A DNA stretch of 64,000 nucleotides from the NCBI GenBank assembly GCA_964354215.1, contig CAYGYT010000001.1, forward strand, positions 75,199 through 139,198, given 5' to 3'. The DNA is from an uncultured Eubacteriales bacterium. Lineage in GTDB: Bacteria; Actinomycetota; Coriobacteriia; Anaerosomatales; CAVRZR01. The notes below the pieces were generated by a model. That model was given only the letters and a program-made list of their open reading frames with translations, was not told the DNA's origin and did not search any database. Below, piece after piece: positions 21,083-29,476 of the stretch (position 1 is the first letter of the stretch; each line of letters opens with the position of its first letter). The position numbers were made by a program, and so were the translations under genes.

Positions 21083-21122
21083 GCGTGCAGGGGGGCGCGT
21101 CTCCCTTGACCCCCCTGCGCGC
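21083..21122 (+). terminator. terminator-like GC hairpin after the NHL gene
   Basis: GCGTGCAGGGGGG ... CCCCCCTGCGCGC: 13-nt arms with one non-Watson-Crick position and a 14-nt loop. No clear U-tract. Confidence 0.4.
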
Positions 21123-21154
21123 CTTCGCTACGGTATTGCGGCTGTTCGTTAGGC

Positions 21155-21231
21155 GGGCCCGTAGCTCAGTTGGTTAGAGCGCACGGCTGATAACCGTGAG
21201 GTCGATGGTTCGAATCCATCCGGGCCCACCA
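21155..21231 (+). tRNA. tRNA-Ile (anticodon GAT), CCA encoded
   Basis: Cloverleaf read by eye. Acceptor GGGCCCG/CGGGCCC, D-arm GTAGCTCAGTTGGTTAGAGC, anticodon loop CT-GAT-AA, T-arm GGTTCGAATCC, 3' ACCA. Confidence 0.95.
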
Positions 21232-21489
21232 TGAATCTGCGCGACTCTCGCCTCGGCCTTCAGCCGGGGCGTCGGTCTTGGTGGGTGTAGAACACGTGTG
21301 GTTTGCTCAGCGGTATGGCACGTGCGAGCGGTTTTGGTGTATGAGGGTTGGCGGAAGATCGCGAGCTACCGGCCGGAACTGAAGCTGCCATTGGGTTTGC
21401 GTTGAATCGATTGATTCTGGTTGGTGGACGTTTGGAGTTGCGCGTAGACTCGTTCGTGCAGTCGTCAGCTCAAAGGAGGTCGGTCGCCG

Positions 21490-23613
21490 ATGCGCACCGA
21501 ATCAGGACTTAGGCTACATCCGGGCCGCAGGCGGGTCGCGTGGCTCACAATCGTCGCCCTCGTGGCGTCGCTCGTAACTCCGACGGTCTCTCTTGCGGCG
21601 CCAGCGGTATCCGGGGGAGACACAACGTACTCGGCCACGGGGCGCGTGAGTGCCGCGGCAGTCGCCACGATCACGACAGAGGTGACGGTCACGCCGACCG
21701 GCGCGTTCTCAGGCTGGGTGAACGCGGCGAACGTCGCAATCACGCTCACCACGACGGACGTGGCCCCACCGACTCTACCCACGGACCAGCAGGTGTCCTA
21801 CCGGACGTACAAGGCCGGCGACGCGCCTGGTAGCATGACCACCGGGCCGTCACCCGCTACTGTCACCCCTGCTGTCTCCGCCGAGGGAACGACGGTCGTG
21901 GAGTTCTACTCTTCGAACACCGCCTCAGCGACGCAAGAGCCGACGCAGACACGCACCGTGCGTATCGATCGGACCGCGCCGGAGCTCGGCACATCGCTCG
22001 GGGCGTCTCTGAACGGTACTGCCACGATCTCGGTATCGACGACCGACACGATGTCGGGAGTCGCGTCCGTGAGCTACTCGATTGATGGTGCGGCCGCTGT
22101 CACGACCACCACGGCCAAGCCGACGATCATACTCGGCGGAGCAGGCGCTCACACTGTCGGAGTCTCGGCCAAGGACGCGGTGGGCAATCAGTCCTCAACC
22201 TCGACGGTCGGTCCGTTCACCATCACCGACGGAGTCGCGCCCACGACCTCGATCAGCGGCGTGCCCGCTGGCTGGTCGTCGACAAACGTCACCTTCACGC
22301 TCGGCGCAGTGGACAACCCCGGTGGTACCGGCGTGGCGTCGACGATCTATCGGCTGAACCAGACCGGGAGCTTCGTTCCGTACACGGGGGCAGTCGCCGT
22401 CAGTGCCGAGGGCACGACAGTCGTCGAGTTCGCGTCGATCGACAGGGCGACGCCCACTGCCAACCAGGAAGCCACCAAACAGGCGATCATTCGCATCGAC
22501 AAAGGGGCGCCGACGTCCTCTATCAGCGGTGCTGACATCGCCTGGAGGTCTTCGAACGCCACATTCACCCTGTCGGCCACCGATACGCCCAACTACTCGA
22601 TGGTGGCTGGCATCCGCTATCGGCTGGGTGCCAGCGCTCTGGCGACGTACACAGCCCCGGTCGTCATCTCCGCCGAGGGCACGACAGACATCGAGTACTT
22701 CGCCGTCGACTACGCGGGCAACCGCGAGACGACGCGCAGCGCTTCCGTACGAATCGACAGGACTAACCCGACGGTCTCGGTTGTGGCGTCAACGACCTAC
22801 GAGCAGAGCGGCGTCGTCACAATCACGGGTGCGGATGCGCTCTCAGGCGGCGTGATGGTCTACACCAGCCTCGACGGGGGCGCGTTTGCAGCGACCCCGG
22901 GCAGCGCCCAGGTGATCACGACGGGAGCTGGGAGCCACACGGTCAACTACTACGCGACCGACGCGGCCGGCAACCGCACCACGACCGCACTGGTGACGTT
23001 CCAGGTCACGCGGCAAACCGCGGTCCAGCTGACGTCGAAGACCTCCACGCTGAGGAACACCACGATCCCCGCCCGGACCACGGTGAAGGGCAAGCTCACC
23101 GACGCCGGTGCTGGCGTTGCCGGCAAGCGGGTCGTGCTCGACTACTCGTCGTACAGCACCTTCGTCGGCATGCGCTCCGTGGCGGGAACGACCGCCGCCG
23201 ACGGCTCCTTCAGCTTCAACGTGAGCCTGTCTTCCCGCACGTTCTATCGAGTGCGCTTCGCTGGCGATACTGACTACAAAGCCGCCTCGAGCGGCACGAT
23301 CGCATACAAGCCAAAGGTCGCGCTCTCCCTGAAAGTTGCGAGTAAGGCCAAGCCCCTGCGTCGCTTCTACGCCAGTGGCGTGATCAAGCCGGTGCACTCG
23401 CGGGGCAGACGCGTCTACATCGAGTGGTCCACGAGGCCCGGGGGCAGGCGTTCGGGGTACGTGTGGGCGACGGTTACGCCCAGGGGCAGCTATTCCTCGT
23501 ACCTCGCGCCCCTCACCCTGAGGAAGGGCACGTGGTACGTGCGTGCAGTCGCACCGGATGATGGGGCGCACGCCACGACGGCGACCGCGGCGAAGCGAGT
23601 GATCGTTCGCTAG
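21490..23613 (+). CDS. secreted surface protein with about 5 Ig-like repeat modules plus the tandem C-terminal beta-sandwich-like modules
   Basis: 707 aa, RBS AAAGGAGG. Signal ...VAWLTIVALVASLVTPTVSLAAPA. Repeats such as GWSSTNVTFTLGAVDNPGGTGVASTIYRLN...YTGAVAVSAEGTTVVEFASID...IRIDKGAPT. Confidence 0.85.
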   Translation: MRTESGLRLHPGRRRVAWLTIVALVASLVTPTVSLAAPAVSGGDTTYSATGRVSAAAVATITTEVTVTPTGAFSGWVNAANVAITLTTTDVAPPTLPTDQQVSYRTYKAGDAPGSMTTGPSPATVTPAVSAEGTTVVEFYSSNTASATQEPTQTRTVRIDRTAPELGTSLGASLNGTATISVSTTDTMSGVASVSYSIDGAAAVTTTTAKPTIILGGAGAHTVGVSAKDAVGNQSSTSTVGPFTITDGVAPTTSISGVPAGWSSTNVTFTLGAVDNPGGTGVASTIYRLNQTGSFVPYTGAVAVSAEGTTVVEFASIDRATPTANQEATKQAIIRIDKGAPTSSISGADIAWRSSNATFTLSATDTPNYSMVAGIRYRLGASALATYTAPVVISAEGTTDIEYFAVDYAGNRETTRSASVRIDRTNPTVSVVASTTYEQSGVVTITGADALSGGVMVYTSLDGGAFAATPGSAQVITTGAGSHTVNYYATDAAGNRTTTALVTFQVTRQTAVQLTSKTSTLRNTTIPARTTVKGKLTDAGAGVAGKRVVLDYSSYSTFVGMRSVAGTTAADGSFSFNVSLSSRTFYRVRFAGDTDYKAASSGTIAYKPKVALSLKVASKAKPLRRFYASGVIKPVHSRGRRVYIEWSTRPGGRRSGYVWATVTPRGSYSSYLAPLTLRKGTWYVRAVAPDDGAHATTATAAKRVIVR

Positions 23614-23657
23614 CCACTAGCGTGTCCCGCCGGAAGGCAGGCACCGCGACAAGAACA

Positions 23658-23684
23658 AGAGCGGCCGGTCATTGACCGGCCGCT
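23658..23684. terminator. hairpin between convergent genes (likely bidirectional terminator)
   Basis: GAGCGGCCGGTC-ATT-GACCGGCCGCTC: perfect 12-bp stem followed by TTCTGTT on the plus strand. Confidence 0.6.
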
Positions 23685-23742
23685 CTTCTGTTCGCTCGTG
23701 GGTCGACAGCGTGGTGCGCCCCGCTGGCGCGTGGTTCTGGTC

Positions 23743-24981
23743 CTACCGCCTCCGGCCTGCGCGCCCGCGCCCGCCGCCTCGGCGGCTCATGACGCCGCCG
23801 CTGTAGACGGTGCGCACGGCTCGCTTGGCCTCGCGCTCCGGATTGGGAACGAGACGGTCGTGCGCGTAGTCGAAGCCGGCGAGGTCGGTGCAGGCGAGCA
23901 CCGAGCCGATCTTCGTCTCGATATCGCGGAGCGTCTCGTGCTCCTCGGGTGCGAGCAGGGAGACCGCGATCCCGGTCCGGCCGGCACGCGCGGTGCGGCC
24001 GATACGGTGGACGTAGTCTTCGGGGCTGTTCGGCATGTCGAAGTTCACGACATGGCTGATGCCGTCGATATCGATGCCGCGCGAGACGACATCGGTGGCG
24101 ACGAGCACCTTGTACTGCCCCTGCTTGAAGCCGTCGAGCGCCTTCTGGCGCTGGGCCTGGGTGCGGTTGCCGTGGATAGCGGCGCCGCGGATTCCGCTCT
24201 TCTCGAGCTGGCGCGCCACACGGTCGGCGCGGTGCTTCGTGCGCGTGAAGACGAGCACCCGCTCGAGTTTGTGCTCCTTGATGAGCTGCACGAGCAGATC
24301 GAGCTTCTGCTGTCCGCCCACGGGGTACACACGCTGGTCGACTTCTTCGACCGGGGTGCCGGCATGGGCGACGTTGACCTGCTCCGGGTTGTCGAGCGTC
24401 GAGCCGATGACGCGAAGCACGTCGGGGGACATCGTCGCCGAAAAGAGCAGGTTCTGACGCTTCGCAGGCAGGAAGCTCACGATGCGCCGCACCTGCGGCC
24501 AGAAGCCCATGTCAAGCATGCGGTCCGCCTCGTCGAGGACGAGGATCTCGATTGCGGAGAGGTCGAGCTCGCCCTTTTCCTGCAAGTCGAGCAGGCGGCC
24601 GGGTGTCCCGACGACCACGTCGACGCCGCGGCGAAGGGCCTTGAGCTGCGGCTCGTAGCCGACCCCACCGTAGACCACGGCCACGCGGTGGCGCGTGAAC
24701 TTAGAAGTCTGGTTCGCGACTGCTTCGATCTGCAGCGCGAGCTCGCGGGTGGGCGTGACGACGAGCGCTCGCGCCGCGCCGGGGCTCGGGACGATGCGCT
24801 GCATCACCGGCAGCATGAAGGCGACGGTCTTGCCGGTGCCGGTCTGAGCACAGCCGACGACGTCGCGTCCAGCAAGAGCGAACGGGATCGCGTCAAGCTG
24901 GATGGGGGTGGGCACGGTGTAGCCCATTGCGCCCACGGCCTGAAGCAGGCGTGGTTCTAGACCTAGGTTGTTGAAACTCAA
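23743..24981 (-). CDS. DEAD-box ATP-dependent RNA helicase (RhlE-like)
   Basis: Q-motif TPIQ, AQTGTGKT, PTRELA, DEAD (VLDEADRM), SAT, HRIGRTARAG and an Arg/Gly-rich tail. Start moved to the TTG at 24981, which is preceded by GGAAGGAG. The track ATG at 25038 is the alternative. Confidence 0.9.
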   Translation of the reverse strand: MSFNNLGLEPRLLQAVGAMGYTVPTPIQLDAIPFALAGRDVVGCAQTGTGKTVAFMLPVMQRIVPSPGAARALVVTPTRELALQIEAVANQTSKFTRHRVAVVYGGVGYEPQLKALRRGVDVVVGTPGRLLDLQEKGELDLSAIEILVLDEADRMLDMGFWPQVRRIVSFLPAKRQNLLFSATMSPDVLRVIGSTLDNPEQVNVAHAGTPVEEVDQRVYPVGGQQKLDLLVQLIKEHKLERVLVFTRTKHRADRVARQLEKSGIRGAAIHGNRTQAQRQKALDGFKQGQYKVLVATDVVSRGIDIDGISHVVNFDMPNSPEDYVHRIGRTARAGRTGIAVSLLAPEEHETLRDIETKIGSVLACTDLAGFDYAHDRLVPNPEREAKRAVRTVYSGGVMSRRGGGRGRAGRRR

Positions 24982-25179
24982 GAAAGAGCTCCTTCCTCGT
25001 GCGCCATATCGGTCGCACTGCGTGGCAGACGCAGTCATCCGACGGTCACGAGGGGAGCGAGGGAGAACCGAGTCTTGGGGAGAAGCGCCGGTAGCGGCGC
25101 GTTGTCAGAACCTCACTATACCTGCTGACGTGCGAAAACGCGAATCGAGGTGTGACGGGCAGCCGCAGCAGTCACGCCG

Positions 25180-26373
25180 TCACGTCTCGAGCCGGACCTG
25201 CATGACGTCGATCGCGCCCGCCGAGAAGCCCGCCCGACAGTACGCGAGGTAGTAGCGCCACATCCGGATGAAGCGCTCGTCGAATCCCAGCGCGCGGACC
25301 TGCGGGAGCACTGTCTCGAACCGCTCCGCCCAGTCCTTCAGCGTCTGTGCGTAGTCGGTGCCGAGGAAGCGCGGTTCGCCGAGGACGAGACCGGAGGCTG
25401 CGGCCTCTGCCGCGAACCGCTCCGGACTCGGCAGCATGCCGCCGGGGAAGATGTAGCGCTGGATGAAGTCCGGTCTGGCTCGGTAGGTCTCGAAGCGGTC
25501 GTTCGCGATCGTGATTGTCTGGAGCGCGGCTGCCCCACCCCGTTCGAGCAGGTCGCGCAGCTTGCCGAAGAACACGGGCCACCAGCGCTCGCCCACCGCC
25601 TCGAACATCTCGATCGAGGCGACCGCCGAGAACGTCCCTGAGATCTCACGGTAGTCCTGGATCCGGATGTCGACCTTTCCCTCGAGTCCTTCCTCGGCGA
25701 CACGCTCGCGTGCGCGCGCCGCCTGCTCCTCCGACAGCGTGATTCCGGTGACCCGGCAGCCCGCGGCCTTGGCGGCATGGATCGCGAACCCTCCCCACCC
25801 GCAGCCGATCTCGAGCACGTGATCGCCGGGCGAGGGTTGGATGAGTTCGAGGAGACGGTCCCACTTGCGCTGCTGCGCGCACTCCAGGGGTTCATCAGGC
25901 GCATCGAACGCAGCGCACGAGTACGTCATGGAATCGTCGAGCCACAGCTCGTAGAAGTCATTGCCGAGGTCGTAGTGATAGGCGACGTTGCGCCTGGAAC
26001 CGGTGGGCGTGTTGTCTCTGAGCCGGTGCCAGGCCCGCTGGAGGGGCTGGAGGGGTGCGTCGAGGATCGGCTTGCGCAGTGCGTTTGCGAGGCCCAGATC
26101 GAGGACTGCGTCGAGGTCGCGCGTATCCCAATCGCCGTTCATGTACCCCTCAGCGAAGCCGAGGCTTCCCTGCGCGAGAATGCGTCGAGCGGCGCGTGGA
26201 TCGTGGACCTCGACCTGCGCGCTCGGTCCCGGCTCGCCGGTCGCGAAGACGTGCCGAGAGCCACGAGAGTCGGTGAGCTCGAGTTCCCCGACCCGCATCC
26301 GAGCGAGCACGCGCAACGCGAGTGTTTCGCTCGGAGAGAATCCTATGGGAGTCTTTGCGCGTGCGGTGCTCAC
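25180..26373 (-). CDS. cfa: cyclopropane-fatty-acyl-phospholipid synthase family SAM-dependent methyltransferase
   Basis: SAM motif VLEIGCGWGG and family motifs HYDLGNDFY and FIQRYIFPGG. Start set to the GTG at 26373, one nt after the upstream gene's TGA. Confidence 0.88.
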   Translation of the reverse strand: MSTARAKTPIGFSPSETLALRVLARMRVGELELTDSRGSRHVFATGEPGPSAQVEVHDPRAARRILAQGSLGFAEGYMNGDWDTRDLDAVLDLGLANALRKPILDAPLQPLQRAWHRLRDNTPTGSRRNVAYHYDLGNDFYELWLDDSMTYSCAAFDAPDEPLECAQQRKWDRLLELIQPSPGDHVLEIGCGWGGFAIHAAKAAGCRVTGITLSEEQAARARERVAEEGLEGKVDIRIQDYREISGTFSAVASIEMFEAVGERWWPVFFGKLRDLLERGGAAALQTITIANDRFETYRARPDFIQRYIFPGGMLPSPERFAAEAAASGLVLGEPRFLGTDYAQTLKDWAERFETVLPQVRALGFDERFIRMWRYYLAYCRAGFSAGAIDVMQVRLET

Positions 26374-26374
26374 G

Positions 26375-27133
26375 TCAGGTCGTCTCCTTGTCGGGCGGTT
26401 TCGGGTGAGGCACGTACCGGATCCGCTTTGCCACAATGCGCAACGCTTGGAAATGTATGAGCAGCCAAGCTCGTGCCGACATGGGACCGTACCGCACGAC
26501 GGCACGGGCGAGCGTCCCATCCGTGAGCTCTCGCGCTTCGAGCGCCACCGCCGCGACGAGCAGAAGCGGCCCCTTCACATAGTCGTAGATACCCACGGAG
26601 AGCTTCTCGGCAGGCTCGGAGAAGCGGAATTCGTAGCGCGCATCCATCTCGATGAAGGGTGAGACGTGGAAGACCTTGACCTTCTCCGTCTTGCAACCGA
26701 AGTCGAACGGCTCGCCGCCGTTGTGAAGCAGGTAGTTGTGGTGCTCGCCGAAGGTGTTCTGCACCTCGGCGAGAATCGCGCGCGGGAGACCATCTGAACT
26801 GAAGCAGTACCAGAACGACGCCGGGTAGAACTTGAAACCGAGCACGCGGGGGAAGCAGAGCAGGCGCACGGACCCATCCGGGATGTCGATGCCCGCTTCC
26901 GCCAGCCGAGCGTCGATCCATGGCCGTAGCGGCGAGCCATCGCGAGGCCCGTGGTCGCGATCCTGCAGCGATACGAGCGCGGCGTGGTTGTGGCCGAACA
27001 GCTTGAGCTGGGTGTCGAGCTCGTCGAGTTCCGCCAGGTCGGCGTAGAGGAAGTAGAGACCGTAGCGGAACGCGTTGCGCCGAGGTATGCGCCGCTCGTG
27101 AGAGACCACGCCGGTGTAGAGGCGGCTGTTCAT
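26375..27133 (-). CDS. DUF1365 family protein
   Basis: 252 aa. N-terminus MNSRLYTGVVSHERRIPRRNAFRYGLYFLYADLAELD is typical of DUF1365. Lies between the FAD oxidoreductase and cfa genes, a widely conserved order. Confidence 0.85.
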   Translation of the reverse strand: MNSRLYTGVVSHERRIPRRNAFRYGLYFLYADLAELDELDTQLKLFGHNHAALVSLQDRDHGPRDGSPLRPWIDARLAEAGIDIPDGSVRLLCFPRVLGFKFYPASFWYCFSSDGLPRAILAEVQNTFGEHHNYLLHNGGEPFDFGCKTEKVKVFHVSPFIEMDARYEFRFSEPAEKLSVGIYDYVKGPLLLVAAVALEARELTDGTLARAVVRYGPMSARAWLLIHFQALRIVAKRIRYVPHPKPPDKETT

Positions 27134-28458
27134 GCCTTGGGCTCGGAGGCCGCTTCCGGGGGGCGTTCGCGGGTGCGTGACTCGTCGAGCTCCTCACCCC
27201 ACGGCAAATCGGCCCCGAGTCTCTCGGCGACGCGTACCGCCGAGAGCATACCGTCCTCGTGAAAGCCGTATCGCGTCCACGCGCCGGCGTACCACACGCC
27301 ACCGGCCCCCTGGAGCGATGGCAGCCGCTTCTGCGCCGCGATCGCGTCGGCGGAGTACATCGGGTGATCGAACACCATGCGCGCAAGCACGCTCGCGGGT
27401 GCTGGCGGATGGTGCTCGTTCAGCGTTTCAAGCACCGGAGGCGCCTCCGGCGGGAGCTGTTGGAGCCGGTTGATGAAGTAGGTGAGCGACAGACGGTCCT
27501 TCGTCATCTCGCCGCTCTCGGAGTACCAGTTCCACGCTGCCCACGCGCGCTCGCTCTTGGGCAAGTACGAGGTGTCCGTCGAGAGCAGTACCTCGTTCGG
27601 CCAGAAGTGGAAGGCTTCCAGCACCTCGCGCTCGTCATGCGTCGCGCCGTCGCCGAGGATCTCGCTCGTCTGCGGCGGATGAGTGGCGAGGACGACCGCG
27701 TCATACGTCTCCACGCGACGCGGAGTGTGGACGCGCACCCCAGTTCCCGTTCGCTCGACGAGCTCGGCCGGCTCGGCGAGATGTGCCTCGCCCGAGAGCG
27801 AACGGCTGGCCGCGGCCACGTAGGTGCGGCTTCCACCCACTACGCTGCGCCATTTCGGCTTGCCGCTGATGTGGAGGAGTCCGTGGTTGTCGCAGAACCT
27901 GAGGAACGTCGCGGCGGGGTAGCCGAGGAGCTCGCCCGGCGGGGTCGACCAGATAGCACCCCCCATCGGGATCAGATACCAGTCTGTGAAGCTCCCGGAG
28001 TAGCCTTCGCGCGCGAGCATCTCGCCAAGCGTGAGCGACTCGAGCGATTCGTCAGCGAGTAGCCGATCCGCGTCCCGCGAGAACCGAACGATGTCGGCGA
28101 GCATCTTCAAGAAGCGCGGATTCGCGACGTTGCCACGCTGGGCGAACACGGTGTTGAGGTTCGAGCCGGCCCACTCGATGCCCTCTGAGGCGATCTGGAC
28201 CGAGAAGGACATGTCGGTCTCCTGCCAGCGCACCCCCAGGCGGTCGAAGAACCTGATCAGATTCGGATATGTGCGTCGGTTGAAGACCATGAACCCTGCG
28301 TCGACTGGGAAGGTGCGGCCGCCGACGGTCACGTCGACCGTACGAGCGTGACCACCGAGATAGTCCTCGCCCTCGTAGACGTCAACGGCGTTCTCGGGCG
28401 AGAGGAGCCATCCGGCGCCGATTCCGGCGACGCCAGCCCCGATGATTGCGATTCGCAC
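27130..28458 (-). CDS. NAD(P)/FAD-dependent oxidoreductase (flavin amine-oxidase-like)
   Basis: Dinucleotide-binding N-terminus MRIAIIGAGVAGIGAGWLL. 442 aa. 4-nt overlap with the DUF1365 gene. Confidence 0.85.
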   Translation of the reverse strand: MRIAIIGAGVAGIGAGWLLSPENAVDVYEGEDYLGGHARTVDVTVGGRTFPVDAGFMVFNRRTYPNLIRFFDRLGVRWQETDMSFSVQIASEGIEWAGSNLNTVFAQRGNVANPRFLKMLADIVRFSRDADRLLADESLESLTLGEMLAREGYSGSFTDWYLIPMGGAIWSTPPGELLGYPAATFLRFCDNHGLLHISGKPKWRSVVGGSRTYVAAASRSLSGEAHLAEPAELVERTGTGVRVHTPRRVETYDAVVLATHPPQTSEILGDGATHDEREVLEAFHFWPNEVLLSTDTSYLPKSERAWAAWNWYSESGEMTKDRLSLTYFINRLQQLPPEAPPVLETLNEHHPPAPASVLARMVFDHPMYSADAIAAQKRLPSLQGAGGVWYAGAWTRYGFHEDGMLSAVRVAERLGADLPWGEELDESRTRERPPEAASEPKA

Positions 28459-28597
28459 GCGGTTCTCCTCGTAGCCGGTCCTCGTCGGTGTGTTTCCGAT
28501 TCTAGGGAATCATTCCCTTGAGCATCCATTCTGTCCTGAGACGGTAGTGCGGCAGCCGGGTCGCACAGCGAGCGACCCTCGACCATCGGAGTCTCTC

Positions 28598-29428
28598 ATG
28601 CCGACCATACTCGTGACCGGCACATCCTCAGGCATAGGAGAAGCACTCGTGCGTCGCTACGTGGCAGAGGGGTGGACCGTCATCGGGACGGTGCGAGACA
28701 CCGCCCGGGCGTCGTCGACATCGCCCCCCGGTGCGGGCACGCTGCGCATGGAGTCACTCGACCTCGCGCAGCCGGGTGCGGCGGCGGCGCTCGCTGCTCG
28801 CGTGCTCGAGCGCTACGGCTGCCCCGACGTCATCGTGAACAACGCCGGCACGCTCCAATGGGGCCCCATCGAGATGGCGTCGGCCGACGAGGTCGAGGCG
28901 CTGTTCCGCGTGAACGTGTTCAGCCAGGTCGAGCTCGTTCGCGGCTTCGTGCCTGCGATGCGCGATCGCGGGAGTGGCGTGATCGTGAACGTGACCTCGC
29001 TCGGCGGGCGCATGGTCTTCCCCTTCTTCGCCATCTACAACTCGAGCAAACACGCCCTCGAGGGCTTCTCCGAGGGGCTCTGGCACGAACTCAAGCCGTT
29101 CGGCATACGAGTCAAGGTGATCGAGCCAGGCTTCGTCGAGACGGCGATATGGGGCAAGACGATGCGTGACGGTTCCGGCGCGGTGCTCGAAGGGCCGGCG
29201 CCGTACACGGGCTTCATGGCGTCGATGGCGGGCTTCGAGCGGTCGATCACGAAGCGCACGTCTCCCGACGCCACTGCCGAGGAGATCTTCGCAGCCATCG
29301 CCGACGGCTCGGACCGGTTGCGCTACCCGGTCGCGGCGTACGCGAAGACGCTGCTCGGGGCGCGGAGGCTTCTCGGCGATCGCTTCATGATGCGCTTCTT
29401 CCACAAGCGCTGGATGGGCAGCGACTAG
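28598..29428 (+). CDS. short-chain dehydrogenase/reductase (SDR) family oxidoreductase
   Basis: Trimmed to the ATG at 28598. TGTSSGIG cofactor motif, NNAG, and catalytic Y-x3-K (YNSSKHA). Confidence 0.9.
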   Translation: MPTILVTGTSSGIGEALVRRYVAEGWTVIGTVRDTARASSTSPPGAGTLRMESLDLAQPGAAAALAARVLERYGCPDVIVNNAGTLQWGPIEMASADEVEALFRVNVFSQVELVRGFVPAMRDRGSGVIVNVTSLGGRMVFPFFAIYNSSKHALEGFSEGLWHELKPFGIRVKVIEPGFVETAIWGKTMRDGSGAVLEGPAPYTGFMASMAGFERSITKRTSPDATAEEIFAAIADGSDRLRYPVAAYAKTLLGARRLLGDRFMMRFFHKRWMGSD

Positions 29429-29476
29429 GGCGGTTCTCGCGCCGTCAAACCGCGCCCGGTCGCCAGCTCCAGCTCC

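Noticed and set aside
21232-21489. Possibility that the region after tRNA-Ile marks an integrated element or genomic island.
   Set aside because: No integrase or recombinase gene is present, and I did not spot a direct repeat of the tRNA 3' end. The downstream gene belongs to the same surface-protein family found upstream of the tRNA.
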